A stretch of 64,000 bases of DNA from an uncultured virus (IMG/VR IMGVR_UViG_3300028805_000004). Taxonomy: Duplodnaviria > Heunggongvirae > Uroviricota > Caudoviricetes. The notes beneath the pieces are model-generated. The model did not search any database, was not told the origin of the DNA, and saw nothing but the letters and a program-made list of their open reading frames with translations. Location: IMG/VR virus record IMGVR_UViG_3300028805_000004. One strand, written 5' to 3'. Shown here piece by piece: positions 34,299 to 45,900 of this stretch; the first letter of the stretch is position 1, and each line of letters begins with the position of its first letter. The translations under genes and the position numbers were made by a program.

Positions 34299-36905
34299 TT
34301 ACACTACTTCCACTTCACAGAAGGCAGTAAGCTTAGTGTTAACAAAGTCTCCGTCGACATAAACAATCTTTCCGCTCGTCGCCATACCTGACGGATGTGT
34401 TTCTTCACCGTCTTTGTCCAAATATGACCAGGTGTAAGTCGCGGTTGGGGTGTATGTCTGTTCAGCCCATGCGTTGCTTACGTATTTCATAAGCTTTACA
34501 GAATTCGTTGTCGGATCGATTTTGAAATACATGTCATTCGCGCTCGGACTTGCAGGGGCCGTTTTGGAAATAACCTCTGTCGGAAGCGGATCGATCTCAA
34601 TACCATTACGATAAACCTTGACATACATGGCACCTTCTGCAATACCGTTGACAAATTTATCGCCGGCAGTCGAAAAGATCTCAGCCTGAATAGGATCGGT
34701 CTTGTCTCTCACAGTCACGTAGGCGGTATATTTGAGTGATCCATTGGCATGGTACATCTGACATCTGTAAGATGCCGAACCATTCACGTCTGAGGGATTC
34801 ACGGTTAATGTATTAGTAGTAGTTTTATCACCGATTAGCTCATAACCGTCCGTTCCATACTTAGCCCACTGAAAATATGCACTAGACCATTCCGATGCAC
34901 CGTAATGCAAATGAGCTTCAAGTGTAACAGAGTTCTCTTTATTTGTTATTACGTCTCCCTGCGGAGTCTCAATATAACCGTAATATACAGATGCTCCTGT
35001 ATCACCAGTCTGAGACCTGCCAAGCGTGTAGTAAGCAACGAACTGTGCTGTGTTACCGTCGCTCTTTGTGACAGTAAATGTTAAGGTTACCGTCTGATTG
35101 GCGATGGCGTCAACCAACTTACCGCCAGCCGGGATTGTATATTTAACGTATCCATCGGATGAAGCCGTAGCTCCTTGCGTGTTCTTCGTAGCTTTCGTTG
35201 ATGTGCTGTTGTAATGTAAGTCACCAGCTGTAACAGAGCACGCTACACGGTTTATTCCTTCGTAGGCTGTAAACGGAATGTTGATGACTGTCTGTGAGCT
35301 GGTCGGAAGAATCTTGTCGTCCACTCCGCAAGAAAGAACATCGGAGTAATTGCCGAGTACGACGCTGATCGGAGATGTGCCATCTGCGCCATTCGGTCCC
35401 TGGGGTCCAGTTGCACCATCTTTGACTGATGTAAGTGTCAATGTGTCAAGAACGGCGGAAGATGTGGACGCGTTTGCAAACATTTTCACAACAACATAGC
35501 CAGCAGTCACGACGACTGGTAAAATACTACCGTTCGCTGTAAAAGTCGAGCCCTTTGAGTTAATACTATGCTCGGCTCCACTAGTTGGATATATCTGATC
35601 TCCGGCAGGACTAAAGACCGCATAATAAAAATCAGTCTGCGTTCTATCTCCGGCACCAACCCGTTTATAAGCTTTAACAATTATAGATCCGCTCGTTATT
35701 GTTCCATCTGATGTGGCATGTACAACTTGATTCGAAGCCTCAAGAATATAAGTTACAGCATCCGCACCGTCAGCACCGGTTTTGACCTTTGTGAGTGTAA
35801 ACTTCTTTACAATATCAGTCTCGCCGGTTTTCTTAGCTGTAAACGTTACAGAGCCTACACTGAGTCCTGTTGCCATACCAGTGATACGGACGTGATTGTA
35901 ATGAAGTCCCTGTATGCTGGAATCATCCCAGTTCGTTCCGTCCGTCGATTTCTGATACTGAATATCAGTCGGTGCACTGATTGTGATCTCCCACTGACTT
36001 GTCTCATCAACAGAGCCTCTGAAAATGGTAAGCTGTGTGTAAGCGTCAGTAAATGCAGTATCCACAGGTGCACCGGTTTCGTCTGCCGGGATCATCTGAT
36101 CTTCGTTCGTAAGGATGGCCGCTAATGTAGACTGACCTGCTGCACCATCATGGATCTTCGTGATAACGTGCACATCAATAAGGCCATCAACGGATGTAAC
36201 TACTCTGAAGGTTGCGACGTCGTTCTTGAAATATGCAGCATGTGCGGTCGACTTTGCGTTGATTTCAAGAGTAGCAGAACCTGCTGTGTTCGCAATATCT
36301 GTCCAACTGTTGCCGTTTTTGTACTGCCATTTTGAAATTGTGCAATGCCCGTATGTTGCTGTGAGTGTAATGGACTCTGCCCCTACAAGAGTCTGGCTGG
36401 TGTTGTACTTGAATACGTTCTCGCCAGTAATTCTTACATACGGGACCGACGCAGCCTGCCTTACAACAGAATATGTAATTTCTCCTGCTGCTGTAAGTGG
36501 AAGGTTCGTTGCCGGTTCGTTGTAGTTTGCCGTGCACTTGAATGTTACGCTGGAAATGCTCGAAGACGTGAACGGGTTTCCAGTAAGTTTGAGTGTTCCG
36601 TCGGACTGAGCTGTGGCCCAAGACGGAAGAGTGGTGAACGATGTAGCGTCATTCGTCTTATATGTCCACGTAACCTTGGGATTGGAAGCCGCCGCAATTC
36701 CAGGATTGAGCTGTGTTCCACCATAATATACAACCGGCGTAATGGTAACGTTGCCAGAGCTGTCCGCCCAGTTCGGCGTGTAGGTATTGTTGTCAGGTGT
36801 ATAAATGACTGTGGTAGCTCTGTTGCTCGAAGGGGTGACTGAAAACTGCCCGATGTCAGTTGTGTCGACAATCGTTATGGTCCCCCATGCTTTAGCACTT
36901 GCCAT
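34299..36905 (-). CDS. Tail fibre / host-specificity protein (Ig-like beta repeats)
   Basis: T/S-rich beta segments, DGATGPQGPNGADG collagen-like linkers. Confidence 0.75.
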   Translation of the reverse strand: MASAKAWGTITIVDTTDIGQFSVTPSSNRATTVIYTPDNNTYTPNWADSSGNVTITPVVYYGGTQLNPGIAAASNPKVTWTYKTNDATSFTTLPSWATAQSDGTLKLTGNPFTSSSISSVTFKCTANYNEPATNLPLTAAGEITYSVVRQAASVPYVRITGENVFKYNTSQTLVGAESITLTATYGHCTISKWQYKNGNSWTDIANTAGSATLEINAKSTAHAAYFKNDVATFRVVTSVDGLIDVHVITKIHDGAAGQSTLAAILTNEDQMIPADETGAPVDTAFTDAYTQLTIFRGSVDETSQWEITISAPTDIQYQKSTDGTNWDDSSIQGLHYNHVRITGMATGLSVGSVTFTAKKTGETDIVKKFTLTKVKTGADGADAVTYILEASNQVVHATSDGTITSGSIIVKAYKRVGAGDRTQTDFYYAVFSPAGDQIYPTSGAEHSINSKGSTFTANGSILPVVVTAGYVVVKMFANASTSSAVLDTLTLTSVKDGATGPQGPNGADGTSPISVVLGNYSDVLSCGVDDKILPTSSQTVINIPFTAYEGINRVACSVTAGDLHYNSTSTKATKNTQGATASSDGYVKYTIPAGGKLVDAIANQTVTLTFTVTKSDGNTAQFVAYYTLGRSQTGDTGASVYYGYIETPQGDVITNKENSVTLEAHLHYGASEWSSAYFQWAKYGTDGYELIGDKTTTNTLTVNPSDVNGSASYRCQMYHANGSLKYTAYVTVRDKTDPIQAEIFSTAGDKFVNGIAEGAMYVKVYRNGIEIDPLPTEVISKTAPASPSANDMYFKIDPTTNSVKLMKYVSNAWAEQTYTPTATYTWSYLDKDGEETHPSGMATSGKIVYVDGDFVNTKLTAFCEVEVV

Positions 36906-36920
36906 TTTGAATTTCCTCCT

Positions 36921-39041
36921 TTAAATCACAAGCGTGACTTCACAATCGAATATTGCTTTCGTGTTGACATCATCGCCTGTGATTGAAATAGATTTTCCAG
37001 GCATACGAGACCATGTGTCGTCAACGTTGCCATCTTTGTCTTTTTTAACCCAGTGATAACTTGTAACATGGTCGGAGTAATCTTTTGTTCCGTAATACAC
37101 GTTGCAAGTTAGGATAGTGTTTATGTCTCGCCGTAAGAACATGTCTCCGGCGGAAGAAGAGATAGTTACAGAAATCGTGCTTTCCCCATGATGACCGGTT
37201 AAGCAAATCGGGTCAGACTCTTTGATCGTTCCGTCCGAATATGTATCGACCGTCTTCTGCCAAACATAAGTCGTCGATGACCAAGTCGGGGTGTCCGTAG
37301 ACCAGGCGTCATCGTGAACGTCCGGTTTTGCCTCAGGATCATCGTTAACCAACCAATATGTCTCCGAAGATTTGATGTAAACAGGGGCATCGGCAGCTGT
37401 TACGAAGTTGGATTTGGTCGTAATCCCAGTTAATGTAGCTTTATCTGCCCCAAAAGTGAATTTGCTATTCTCAGGATGGAGAATGTCAATCTCAGCCTTT
37501 GAACAGATAAAGTAGTCATCGACACCATGGGGCTCAGATACTACTCTATAGCTGTTTCCGACTCGAATATCATCGGCGTTGATGTCTATAAGACTCAGAT
37601 CCAAGGCCGTGAGCTCTATAGACAAGGCCAACTTCATGGATTCCTGTAAATATAACTTGGCGAGATCGAGTAAGAGTTTTGGGGTTGTCCCAGATTCAAA
37701 CTCGACCATCCTTGTAATATCACCGAATAAGTCTATACCAGTAGAATTCTCGACATAATCAAGACCACCGTTGGCCGAGTTAACTGTTAGTCTGTAACCA
37801 AGACTATTACCATCAGAATCCGTGACTTCCGGGCCAAGTGGTATGATTCTTGTGACTATGTTTTCAGCAGAAATATGCTCAGAGAAATCTAAAAGGTTCT
37901 GTCCAAACTTAATAACCTGTGAAGCTTTCACACCCGGTTCTTTGGTCCAATTTAAGAAACGCCCGGATCCTCCATTAGAGGGTTCATCAGTGTATAAATA
38001 TCCGCCTAAAGAACCAACCAGTGTGTTCGAGAAAAGCTCCCAGGAATTAGTGTAATTCTCATCTTTAAAGAATATAGCGTTTGTGGATACACGTTTGTCA
38101 GCGTTTCCGACCATACGAGCTATGTTTCCACGATACTTCCATAAGTTCTTTGGGAGGTTGTCATAATCAACATTGCTAGCCTGACGTTCTTCATCAGTTA
38201 GAGCTCGCTGTGTGCATTCGTAGATAGCATAAGTTGTATTGTTAATATAACGGTCACCGACTTCAATTTTGTCAACATTTGACAGATTGAACTCAGTCGG
38301 GGTTCCAAAGGTTCCGGAAATTTCTTCCCCGTGGAAAATTACGTTTTGCGAAGGAACACTCCCCAGAACTGGCTGAATGTTGCCAACATACGCCCACATG
38401 GCAACAGCTGGCTCTCCGCCAACAGTACATTTGTACAGTCTATAGGTTTTGCGGTTCAAATATAACATTCCGGCCGTAGCAAACCCTATCTCAGAATCGC
38501 TAGCACCGGAACCGGCAGTTGACGTATGGTTGATCTTGGAACCGTTGGTGTAAATATAAGTTCCATAACTTGTAGCACCTTCTGCAATGTCATTAGTTGA
38601 CATGTTGCATTTGCCAACCATGAACCTACGATTGTATGAATGCTTAATCTCAGCATTATGTCTGTGCACAAAAGTCGAAAACGCCCATTTAGGAGACTGG
38701 ACAAAGCTGAATGGTCTCTGTGTTGAATCATTCAAGAATGCCAGGTCGCCTTCGCACAAGACTTCCTTATTGTTGTTAAAGTCTCGTGTTGTGTCAAATA
38801 CTCGACCATAGAATCTGGTTTTCTCAGTAGCGCCCCAACCTTTTGCAAATATAACTTTCACATCAGTCGACAGATGCTTAAGCCTATTGTACAGATAATG
38901 CGTTGGAGGCATAGTGAACTGAACGCTACCAGCTTTATTCACTTCGAGAGACATTGTTGCGTCAGTCAGCGCATACTCCGGTTTGTTACTTGAGACTTCG
39001 GGACTGTATAATAATTCGTCGTCGACGTAAATTCTATACAT
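36921..39041 (-). CDS. Baseplate hub / Tal-like tail protein
   Basis: EVNKAGS, CEGDLAFLND, IKFGQNLLDF, TRIIPLG; follows Dit. Confidence 0.8.
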   Translation of the reverse strand: MYRIYVDDELLYSPEVSSNKPEYALTDATMSLEVNKAGSVQFTMPPTHYLYNRLKHLSTDVKVIFAKGWGATEKTRFYGRVFDTTRDFNNNKEVLCEGDLAFLNDSTQRPFSFVQSPKWAFSTFVHRHNAEIKHSYNRRFMVGKCNMSTNDIAEGATSYGTYIYTNGSKINHTSTAGSGASDSEIGFATAGMLYLNRKTYRLYKCTVGGEPAVAMWAYVGNIQPVLGSVPSQNVIFHGEEISGTFGTPTEFNLSNVDKIEVGDRYINNTTYAIYECTQRALTDEERQASNVDYDNLPKNLWKYRGNIARMVGNADKRVSTNAIFFKDENYTNSWELFSNTLVGSLGGYLYTDEPSNGGSGRFLNWTKEPGVKASQVIKFGQNLLDFSEHISAENIVTRIIPLGPEVTDSDGNSLGYRLTVNSANGGLDYVENSTGIDLFGDITRMVEFESGTTPKLLLDLAKLYLQESMKLALSIELTALDLSLIDINADDIRVGNSYRVVSEPHGVDDYFICSKAEIDILHPENSKFTFGADKATLTGITTKSNFVTAADAPVYIKSSETYWLVNDDPEAKPDVHDDAWSTDTPTWSSTTYVWQKTVDTYSDGTIKESDPICLTGHHGESTISVTISSSAGDMFLRRDINTILTCNVYYGTKDYSDHVTSYHWVKKDKDGNVDDTWSRMPGKSISITGDDVNTKAIFDCEVTLVI

Positions 39042-39050
39042 AAAGCCTCC

Positions 39051-39788
39051 TTACAATCGCGAATCCCTCGTTGAAATTGTGAAGCTGCCAGTCCATGCTT
39101 CAGCAACCAATATGTTATTACCGTGGACAAGTGATAGAAATGGGGATGTGAAAGTTCCGTTTCCAAGATGGACTTTCTTTCCAGAATTGAAAGTGAAGTC
39201 CATTCCTTTGGCCGTGCCACTAACGGTTATCGTCGGTGTCACAGCAGCACCAGGCCAGTTGAACTCAAGAATCCGCTTACCCGTAACCGAAATATCAGCC
39301 CAGTCGTAGCAGTAATCCTTGTTGAAGTTAAACGGATCCCAGAGCCAATCTCCAAGTGTCGAGTAGTTGGAATACTTAAAGGGCTCGAGACTATAGTTCA
39401 GTGTGATCTTACTGGCTATCTGCTCGCTGGCCCAGTTGTTGACAAATACTCGCCCCATGTAATACCAGTTTGGATCGTCATTGAGAACGACCTTAAGTCG
39501 CTGACCGGCAGTATCCATAGAGATAATACTGAGAAGTTCTGCCCAGGTTTCTTCCTTATCATTCTCGACAAAGAACTCCCAGGACCCTTCTCGGTTCTTG
39601 TATGTTACATAGTTAAGTAAGCTCTCGGTAGTGTCGAGTGACCCATTCATTCCTGGAATATCAGTGAACGTAAACTTGGGTTGAGCTGGCACCACGAGAG
39701 GACGTGAAGACGGAATCAAATGCCAGTCCGTCCACGTGTTTTTGTCACCAATCGTGATTGTGTGTTCACCAGTGTAATAAAATGACAT
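39051..39788 (-). CDS. Distal tail protein (Dit)
   Basis: DIPGMNGSLD, DDPNWYYMGR, EPFKY; follows the tape measure. Confidence 0.8.
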   Translation of the reverse strand: MSFYYTGEHTITIGDKNTWTDWHLIPSSRPLVVPAQPKFTFTDIPGMNGSLDTTESLLNYVTYKNREGSWEFFVENDKEETWAELLSIISMDTAGQRLKVVLNDDPNWYYMGRVFVNNWASEQIASKITLNYSLEPFKYSNYSTLGDWLWDPFNFNKDYCYDWADISVTGKRILEFNWPGAAVTPTITVSGTAKGMDFTFNSGKKVHLGNGTFTSPFLSLVHGNNILVAEAWTGSFTISTRDSRL

Positions 39789-39805
39789 TTGATTCCCTCA
39801 CGTAT

Positions 39806-39915
39806 AAAAAATGCCAAAAATACCAAAAAACCACTCGTTTTCTACTTTCTCCCTGAAAAAACATATACTTTTTCAGAAACTTTATGAAAAGTAAGTGGTT
39901 TTTTGGCATTTTTTT
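39806..39915. repeat. ~109-bp palindromic dispersed repeat, copy 4
   Basis: Between tape measure and Dit genes. Confidence 0.95.
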
Positions 39916-39926
39916 ATTATTATAAG

Positions 39927-42900
39927 TTACATTCCTCTAGCTTTAAGAGCTGCTCTACGACCTAAAGACTGGTCTAAAGGAGCAGTAATCTTACCAACCA
40001 GAGTACCGTCATTGAGCTTCACTTCCATTCTCTCGATACGATTTCCGAGATCTGAAATAGCGTCGTTGAGCTGTCGCATCACGTTCACTGTTTCGTCACC
40101 TCTACGAATATCAGCCCTCGAGAATGTGTTGATGGAATCTCTGAAGTTTAATCCAGAAGTATTGATGCTAGCCTGCACGTTGGCAGCCCTGTCAAAGAAT
40201 CCGTTAATTGCTCCACTCCCTGCAGAGAAGGATGACATGTCGAGTACCGGAGAAATATGAGGTCTATACCCAGCTCCGCTCGTATCGAAATGAAGCGTAT
40301 CAGAGAATGCTCCGATTGCCGCCTTAGCAGCAGATACCGAATTCTCAACAAGATAGTGAGTATTGTCAGCGATACCAATAGCAGCACCAAGCATCTGATA
40401 CATACCAGACTCTTTAAACTTCCGAGATGGTGATTTAATTAGGGATTCTGCATTGTATGCATCGTTTGCAGCCCTAGCAGCTCGTCTGGCAGCAGCAGTA
40501 ACCTTATAGGTATTATCGTCAATACCAGCAGCACCACCGTCCATGGAATGCGAACCAGATGCGTAATATGAACCATAACCGGCCCTACCGAACTCTTCGC
40601 CAGAGCGTCTACCGGCATTACCAGCAGCATTGCTAACATTGTTGTTATTGTTCACAGCGCTGGCCGCAGCATCCATGTTGTCTTCTGCAGCACCTTCAAG
40701 ATCCTGATTGTCACCGAATTCGTCGGCTGAGTCTTCTCCAAGATCAACATACTCAGATATAACACTAGTATCACCGTTCTGCAGAGCTTCTATGATGCCA
40801 GAGATAGAGCTGTCACCCATGTCAACGCCACTTGACTGAAGCATAGCAAGCATCTGCTGACTATCAGCTCCGTTGTTCATCATGGACGTCAACTGTCCCA
40901 TGAGACCCTCACCAAGAGCCCCACCAATATTGACGCCAAATATATTAGCTGATTCTTCTGTACCATCAGCATCTTCAGCCATGGCCTGATTAACAGCAGC
41001 AGTTGCAGCATGGGTACCATCTGACGCAATCTGAGCCTGCTTGTCGTACTTAGCCTGGATACGTGCAATATCCTCGGCAGCCCTCGCTGCTTCATCGGAC
41101 ATATGCTGTTCCCACTCAGCTATTGTTTCAGCATCCCGCTTAGCTTTGTACTCAGCGTGGATTGCTTCTCGTTTGGCTTCGTACTTTTCTTCAACAGCAT
41201 TCACATTCGCCAAAGCCTCTTCAGCTTTAGCCGTAGCGTTATCTGCCCAAGACTTGACGTCAACACCTAATGCCTCGAACACTTTAGAAAGTACAGGGTT
41301 GTTGGCTACGGCATTGGCTATCATAGATATAATGTTCGCCATACCGTACTTGACGAGCGCTCCTCCATAAGAGAAGAACTGCTGAATATAAGTAACGTTG
41401 GTTTTCTGCCATTCACGCCAGATGTCCCACCAGTCGCCAAGCCTGTCAGCAACTTCTGACCACAACTTGCCAAAGAACTCTTTGATTTTTGGTGGTATAC
41501 AGTCCCAGAGCCACACGAAGGCCTGTCCGAGTCTATCAACAAGAATAACCGTAATATGCCCCAGCAGCACAAGCAAATGGTCAAGGAGGCTTGGCAGATA
41601 CTTGTCCAGCTCCACCACTACCGTGTCAAGACCGCTGATTATTGCCCCTACAAGCAAGCCTAAGCCATCAAGAATACCCTTAACAATGCCTGCAATTATG
41701 ACACCAATAGCATTGACGACCTCGTCCTCATGACCCTGAATATCATTAGCCATAAGCACGATGCCTTCACCGAATGCCGGGAAAGCAGCAGCAGCTAACT
41801 GGACACCAAGACCAAACAGTGCAACGCCAGCACCCACAAGAGCTACAGCGATGCCGAATCCGGTCATTACCTTGGTGAGTATCAGCAGACCAGGAGCAAA
41901 TATCTGTGCAATAGCACCGAAACCTGCCAAAGCGGCTGCTATAGCCACCAGACCAATAACAATCACACCTAAGGATCGCCATACATGGTCTAAGGAATCA
42001 AGCTGTTTCAGAGCATCAGCAAATATCCATATGACACCTGCCACTACAACAAGACCCGCCAAGCCAGTAATGAAGCCCTTCATGTTCTCCTCAATGGCAC
42101 TAGCACCAAGCTTAGCAAATATACCAATAGCCAGGGCCATAACACCGAGAAGTATACCCAGACCGATAGCAACACCTTTGAACTTGTTACCGCCAGCACC
42201 AGCAACCTTAGTCAGCTCCTGCAGAGGCTTAGCAATAAGCTTGAATGCAATAGCCATGAGAATCGCAGTGACACCAAAAGCTTTGATGTTCTTATCAGCT
42301 TTCTTACTAAATCCGGTGGCTATCAGTAACACACTGAGCATGCCAACAATGCCCCACATAGCTTTTTGGGCCTTGTCGAAGTTCTCATTTCCGACGATTT
42401 TGTTCATCATTCCGAAAGCTTTGACAACCTTCGTGATAGCTATACCAAGTGCAAATATACCAAGTGCTGAACCAACACTCAATTGCTTCCCCTTGGCTAC
42501 AATTTTTATGAAGGCACCTAGCACACCAACAATGCCAAGGAGCACAAGTATGGCTGTTCTGAAGTTCGGCTCGCTAGCAATCTTCTGAATCTGCTTGAAG
42601 GATCGTACAACTGCTACAATAGCAAAGACAATTGCTATAACGCTACCTATTATGAGAGCTGCATTACCAATCTTCTTCAGGAAGTTAGAAAATGTTTCGC
42701 TTACACTGTCGAGGAACTTACCAAGACCCTCTTTGATACTTTCGAGAGCTTTTGCCCCCTTTTTACTGTCCTTAGCACTGGCTTCGGCTGCTGCGGAGGC
42801 ACCTGAGAACTTCTTAAACAAAGCAAGCGCGCCGACAAACAGCGACATCAGAAGTAATATGATAGCGATTGCAGAGGTGGCATTCATTAAGTTGTCCTGG

Positions 42901-45900
42901 TTTATAGAACTAAGAACAACTAACGATCCAGCCAGAATAGCAATAGCGATGCCAGCTTTAAGGAAAGCATCAGCAATAAGCGTCCACTTGGTTGCCTTTG
43001 CCGCCTTGCCAATATCGGAGAACATGCCCTTAATGGTAGAGACAATTGTGACAGCGCTTGTGAACGAGTCAATTGCCTTGATTATCTGGTAAAACGCGTA
43101 GATAGCAGCAGCGCCCTTGACAATGTCGAACACCGGGGTCCAGTCGAAATTCTTGAACTTGCTGAGAATATCACTGAAGGTGCCCATCAGAGTGTCTTTA
43201 AGTTCCAGCATTCTGTCTTTTGCCGGACCGACTTTCTCCTTGAGCATATCAACGAATTCGCCTAGCTTTGTACGAATCTCACCAAACTTATCGGTGCTGA
43301 CGGTCTTAATATAACCAAAGAATTCTTTGACTTTGTCAAGTAATGCTGTAAGCGTTGTGCTATCAAATTTGAAGTCCTTAATCTTTTCGAGGAAAGCTGT
43401 GAAACCGTCCCCGGCAGATCCTTTAAGAGCCGTAAAGGTCTCTTTAATTTTGTCAAATATAAAGCCGATACCCTGAGCAGCCCTAGAGTTCTTCACCCAT
43501 TCAATCATAGGTTCAAAGATACCCTGTACGGACTTAACTATGTTGGCATTGGCAATCTTATCAAAGAACTCTCCAACTTTCTCTTTCGCATTCTGGAAAA
43601 TATCAGGAAGCTGTGATGCCAGATCCTTAATCTTCTCGAGTGCTCCAGAGCCTACGTCCTTAGCACTTCCGCTGAAGTTGCCCCACAGTTCTTTTACTTT
43701 ATCAGAGATCTTTCCGATCATCCCAGGAAGGCCAAGAGTGATGAAGTCCTTTACAGAATCACGAATCTTGGAGAACCAAGACTGAATATCACTGAGAACC
43801 CCTCCGAGATTGATGTTCTTCTTGATTGACTTTCCGATGTTTCTGAAGAACTGACTAAACAGAGCTCCAAGGTTTTTGAATATCTCGTTTGGCTTCCAAC
43901 CCTCGCCTAATAAATAGGAAAGTCTTGCTGTCAGCCATTTGAAACTTGCACCGACGTCTTTAAATATCCGTTTAAAGTTGAGGTTTCGTTCGAAGTACTT
44001 ACCAATTCCAGAAAGCTTCTCTTTGATGCCGTCAACCATGGCAGAGACACGACTTAGAATGTTGGCCTGGAAGAACTCCTTAACGACCCCAAGCAACCTG
44101 GAAAGGTCTCCTCTAAGGTCACTAAATATCTTAAGCTGAGACAGACTGTCAAACACACCGTCAAGATGCATCAACTCAAGTAGAGACCGACCGAGTTTCT
44201 TGAAAGCATTAGACACACCAGCGATTAGTTTGTCGTATTCGATCCAGTTTTTGATGCCATATGTGAACGGAATTAACAAACGCTGGAAAGCCTCTTTCAA
44301 AACTCTAAGTTTTTCAGACATGGCTCCAACACTGGCGTCACCGAAAAACACATACTGAACTGCTTCGCCAAACTCTAAAAAAGAATATCGGACACGGTCA
44401 ATAAAATCTGTGATTGAAGTGGAGAACTTAAATGCATTCGCAAGGCTCTCTCCAAGATTCTTAAATTGCGTTCCCAATCCTTTTAAGAATAGAGGCATTC
44501 CTTCAGGTCCAAATATCCACTTTAAGTCATCCCATACTACGTGACACCAAGCGCTTACTGTATCAAACCAGTCGATAATCCAGCTATCTTCAAGTGCCTT
44601 GTAAATATCCTGTCCAAACGTAGCAAAAGCCTGCCTGTAGCCTCTTGTAGCCTGCTCTATACTTGAGCCAATGACACTGAAGAAGTGACCAATATCCTGA
44701 CCTACAGCTTTGAAGTTGATACCCGTGAGCCTGTAAAGGTCGGCATTTAAAATGTTTAAAGCCCCTTTGACGCCCTTAACAATTTTAGGAACGTCCACCT
44801 GGAAATAGGAGAACATCTCTTTGAGATCTTTGATGCTTCCACCAGGGATCAAATGACCAAATATTGATGAAATTGCACCAAAGAAGCCGTCTTCCCACAT
44901 AAAGACCTCGTCCAGCTTGGCTTTGAGATCCTCAAAAGGTTTCTTAAGATTTTTAACGAATTCTCCTATGCTGCTCGAGCCTCTAAAAGCTTCGATGGCA
45001 GCCTTACCAAAGTCTGCAAGTGCACTGGCAGTTCCGCTAATTGTATCCGGAATAACACTTGTGAAGAACGATCCGACCATCTGACCGGTGATGTTGTTCC
45101 ACTTAACGATCCAGTCGATGAAGTCACCAAGACCAGAATCTTTAATAACGTTCTGGATGCTTCTCTTGAACTTGTCAAATATCACAGATAACTTCACGAA
45201 GAAGGGGATAACCGTGTTCTTGGCCTTCTCGAACGTGCCGACTATGAACCTCTCGGCAGTAGCACCAAGGTTTACAAGAGTTTGGGCCAAGGCGTTTGGA
45301 AAAGTGACAATATCTTTCTCAAAGAACTTGACAAACTGCTTTGACGCCTTTCCAAAAGTTTTGGTAAATTTTTCCACCGGGGAAAATAAGGACTGAAAAG
45401 TTCTCGCCATGTTCCCGGTGATCAAAAATATTGCTCGGACGATGGAACCGACCAACTTCAACGCTGTAGGTAACACAGCCCCAAAGACACTCCCAATAAG
45501 CTTTCCAATAGTGACAATCGGGAATATAAGCATCTTAAAGGTGTCGCGAATGTCCGTTGCGAACTCGTCAGAGATTCTGATGCTGCCAGCGGCCATCATA
45601 AAGCTATGCGACAGAGTAGCAAGCCTGATGCCAAGAACCTTAACAGATGGCAAGAAGTAATCAAGAGCTTCGCCAATTGGCTTCATAAGGCCCGTGAAAG
45701 CACGCCATAACGCTGTAATACCAGCAAGCATGTCGTCACGGCCACCACGAGCCTTCCAGACCTTAAGGATGCCGTTTCGAACTTCACCGATAGCTCCGAT
45801 TGTTCCAGAGAGAACGTTGTTGAGTCCTGTCCAAAGCTTTTTCGCCTCATCAAGGTTACCAAATATAAGTTCGAAGGTCGTTGCCCAACCAGAACCAATG

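Noticed and set aside
30849..36905. Diversity-generating retroelement acting on tail fibres
   Set aside because: No reverse transcriptase ORF and no template/variable repeat pair noticed
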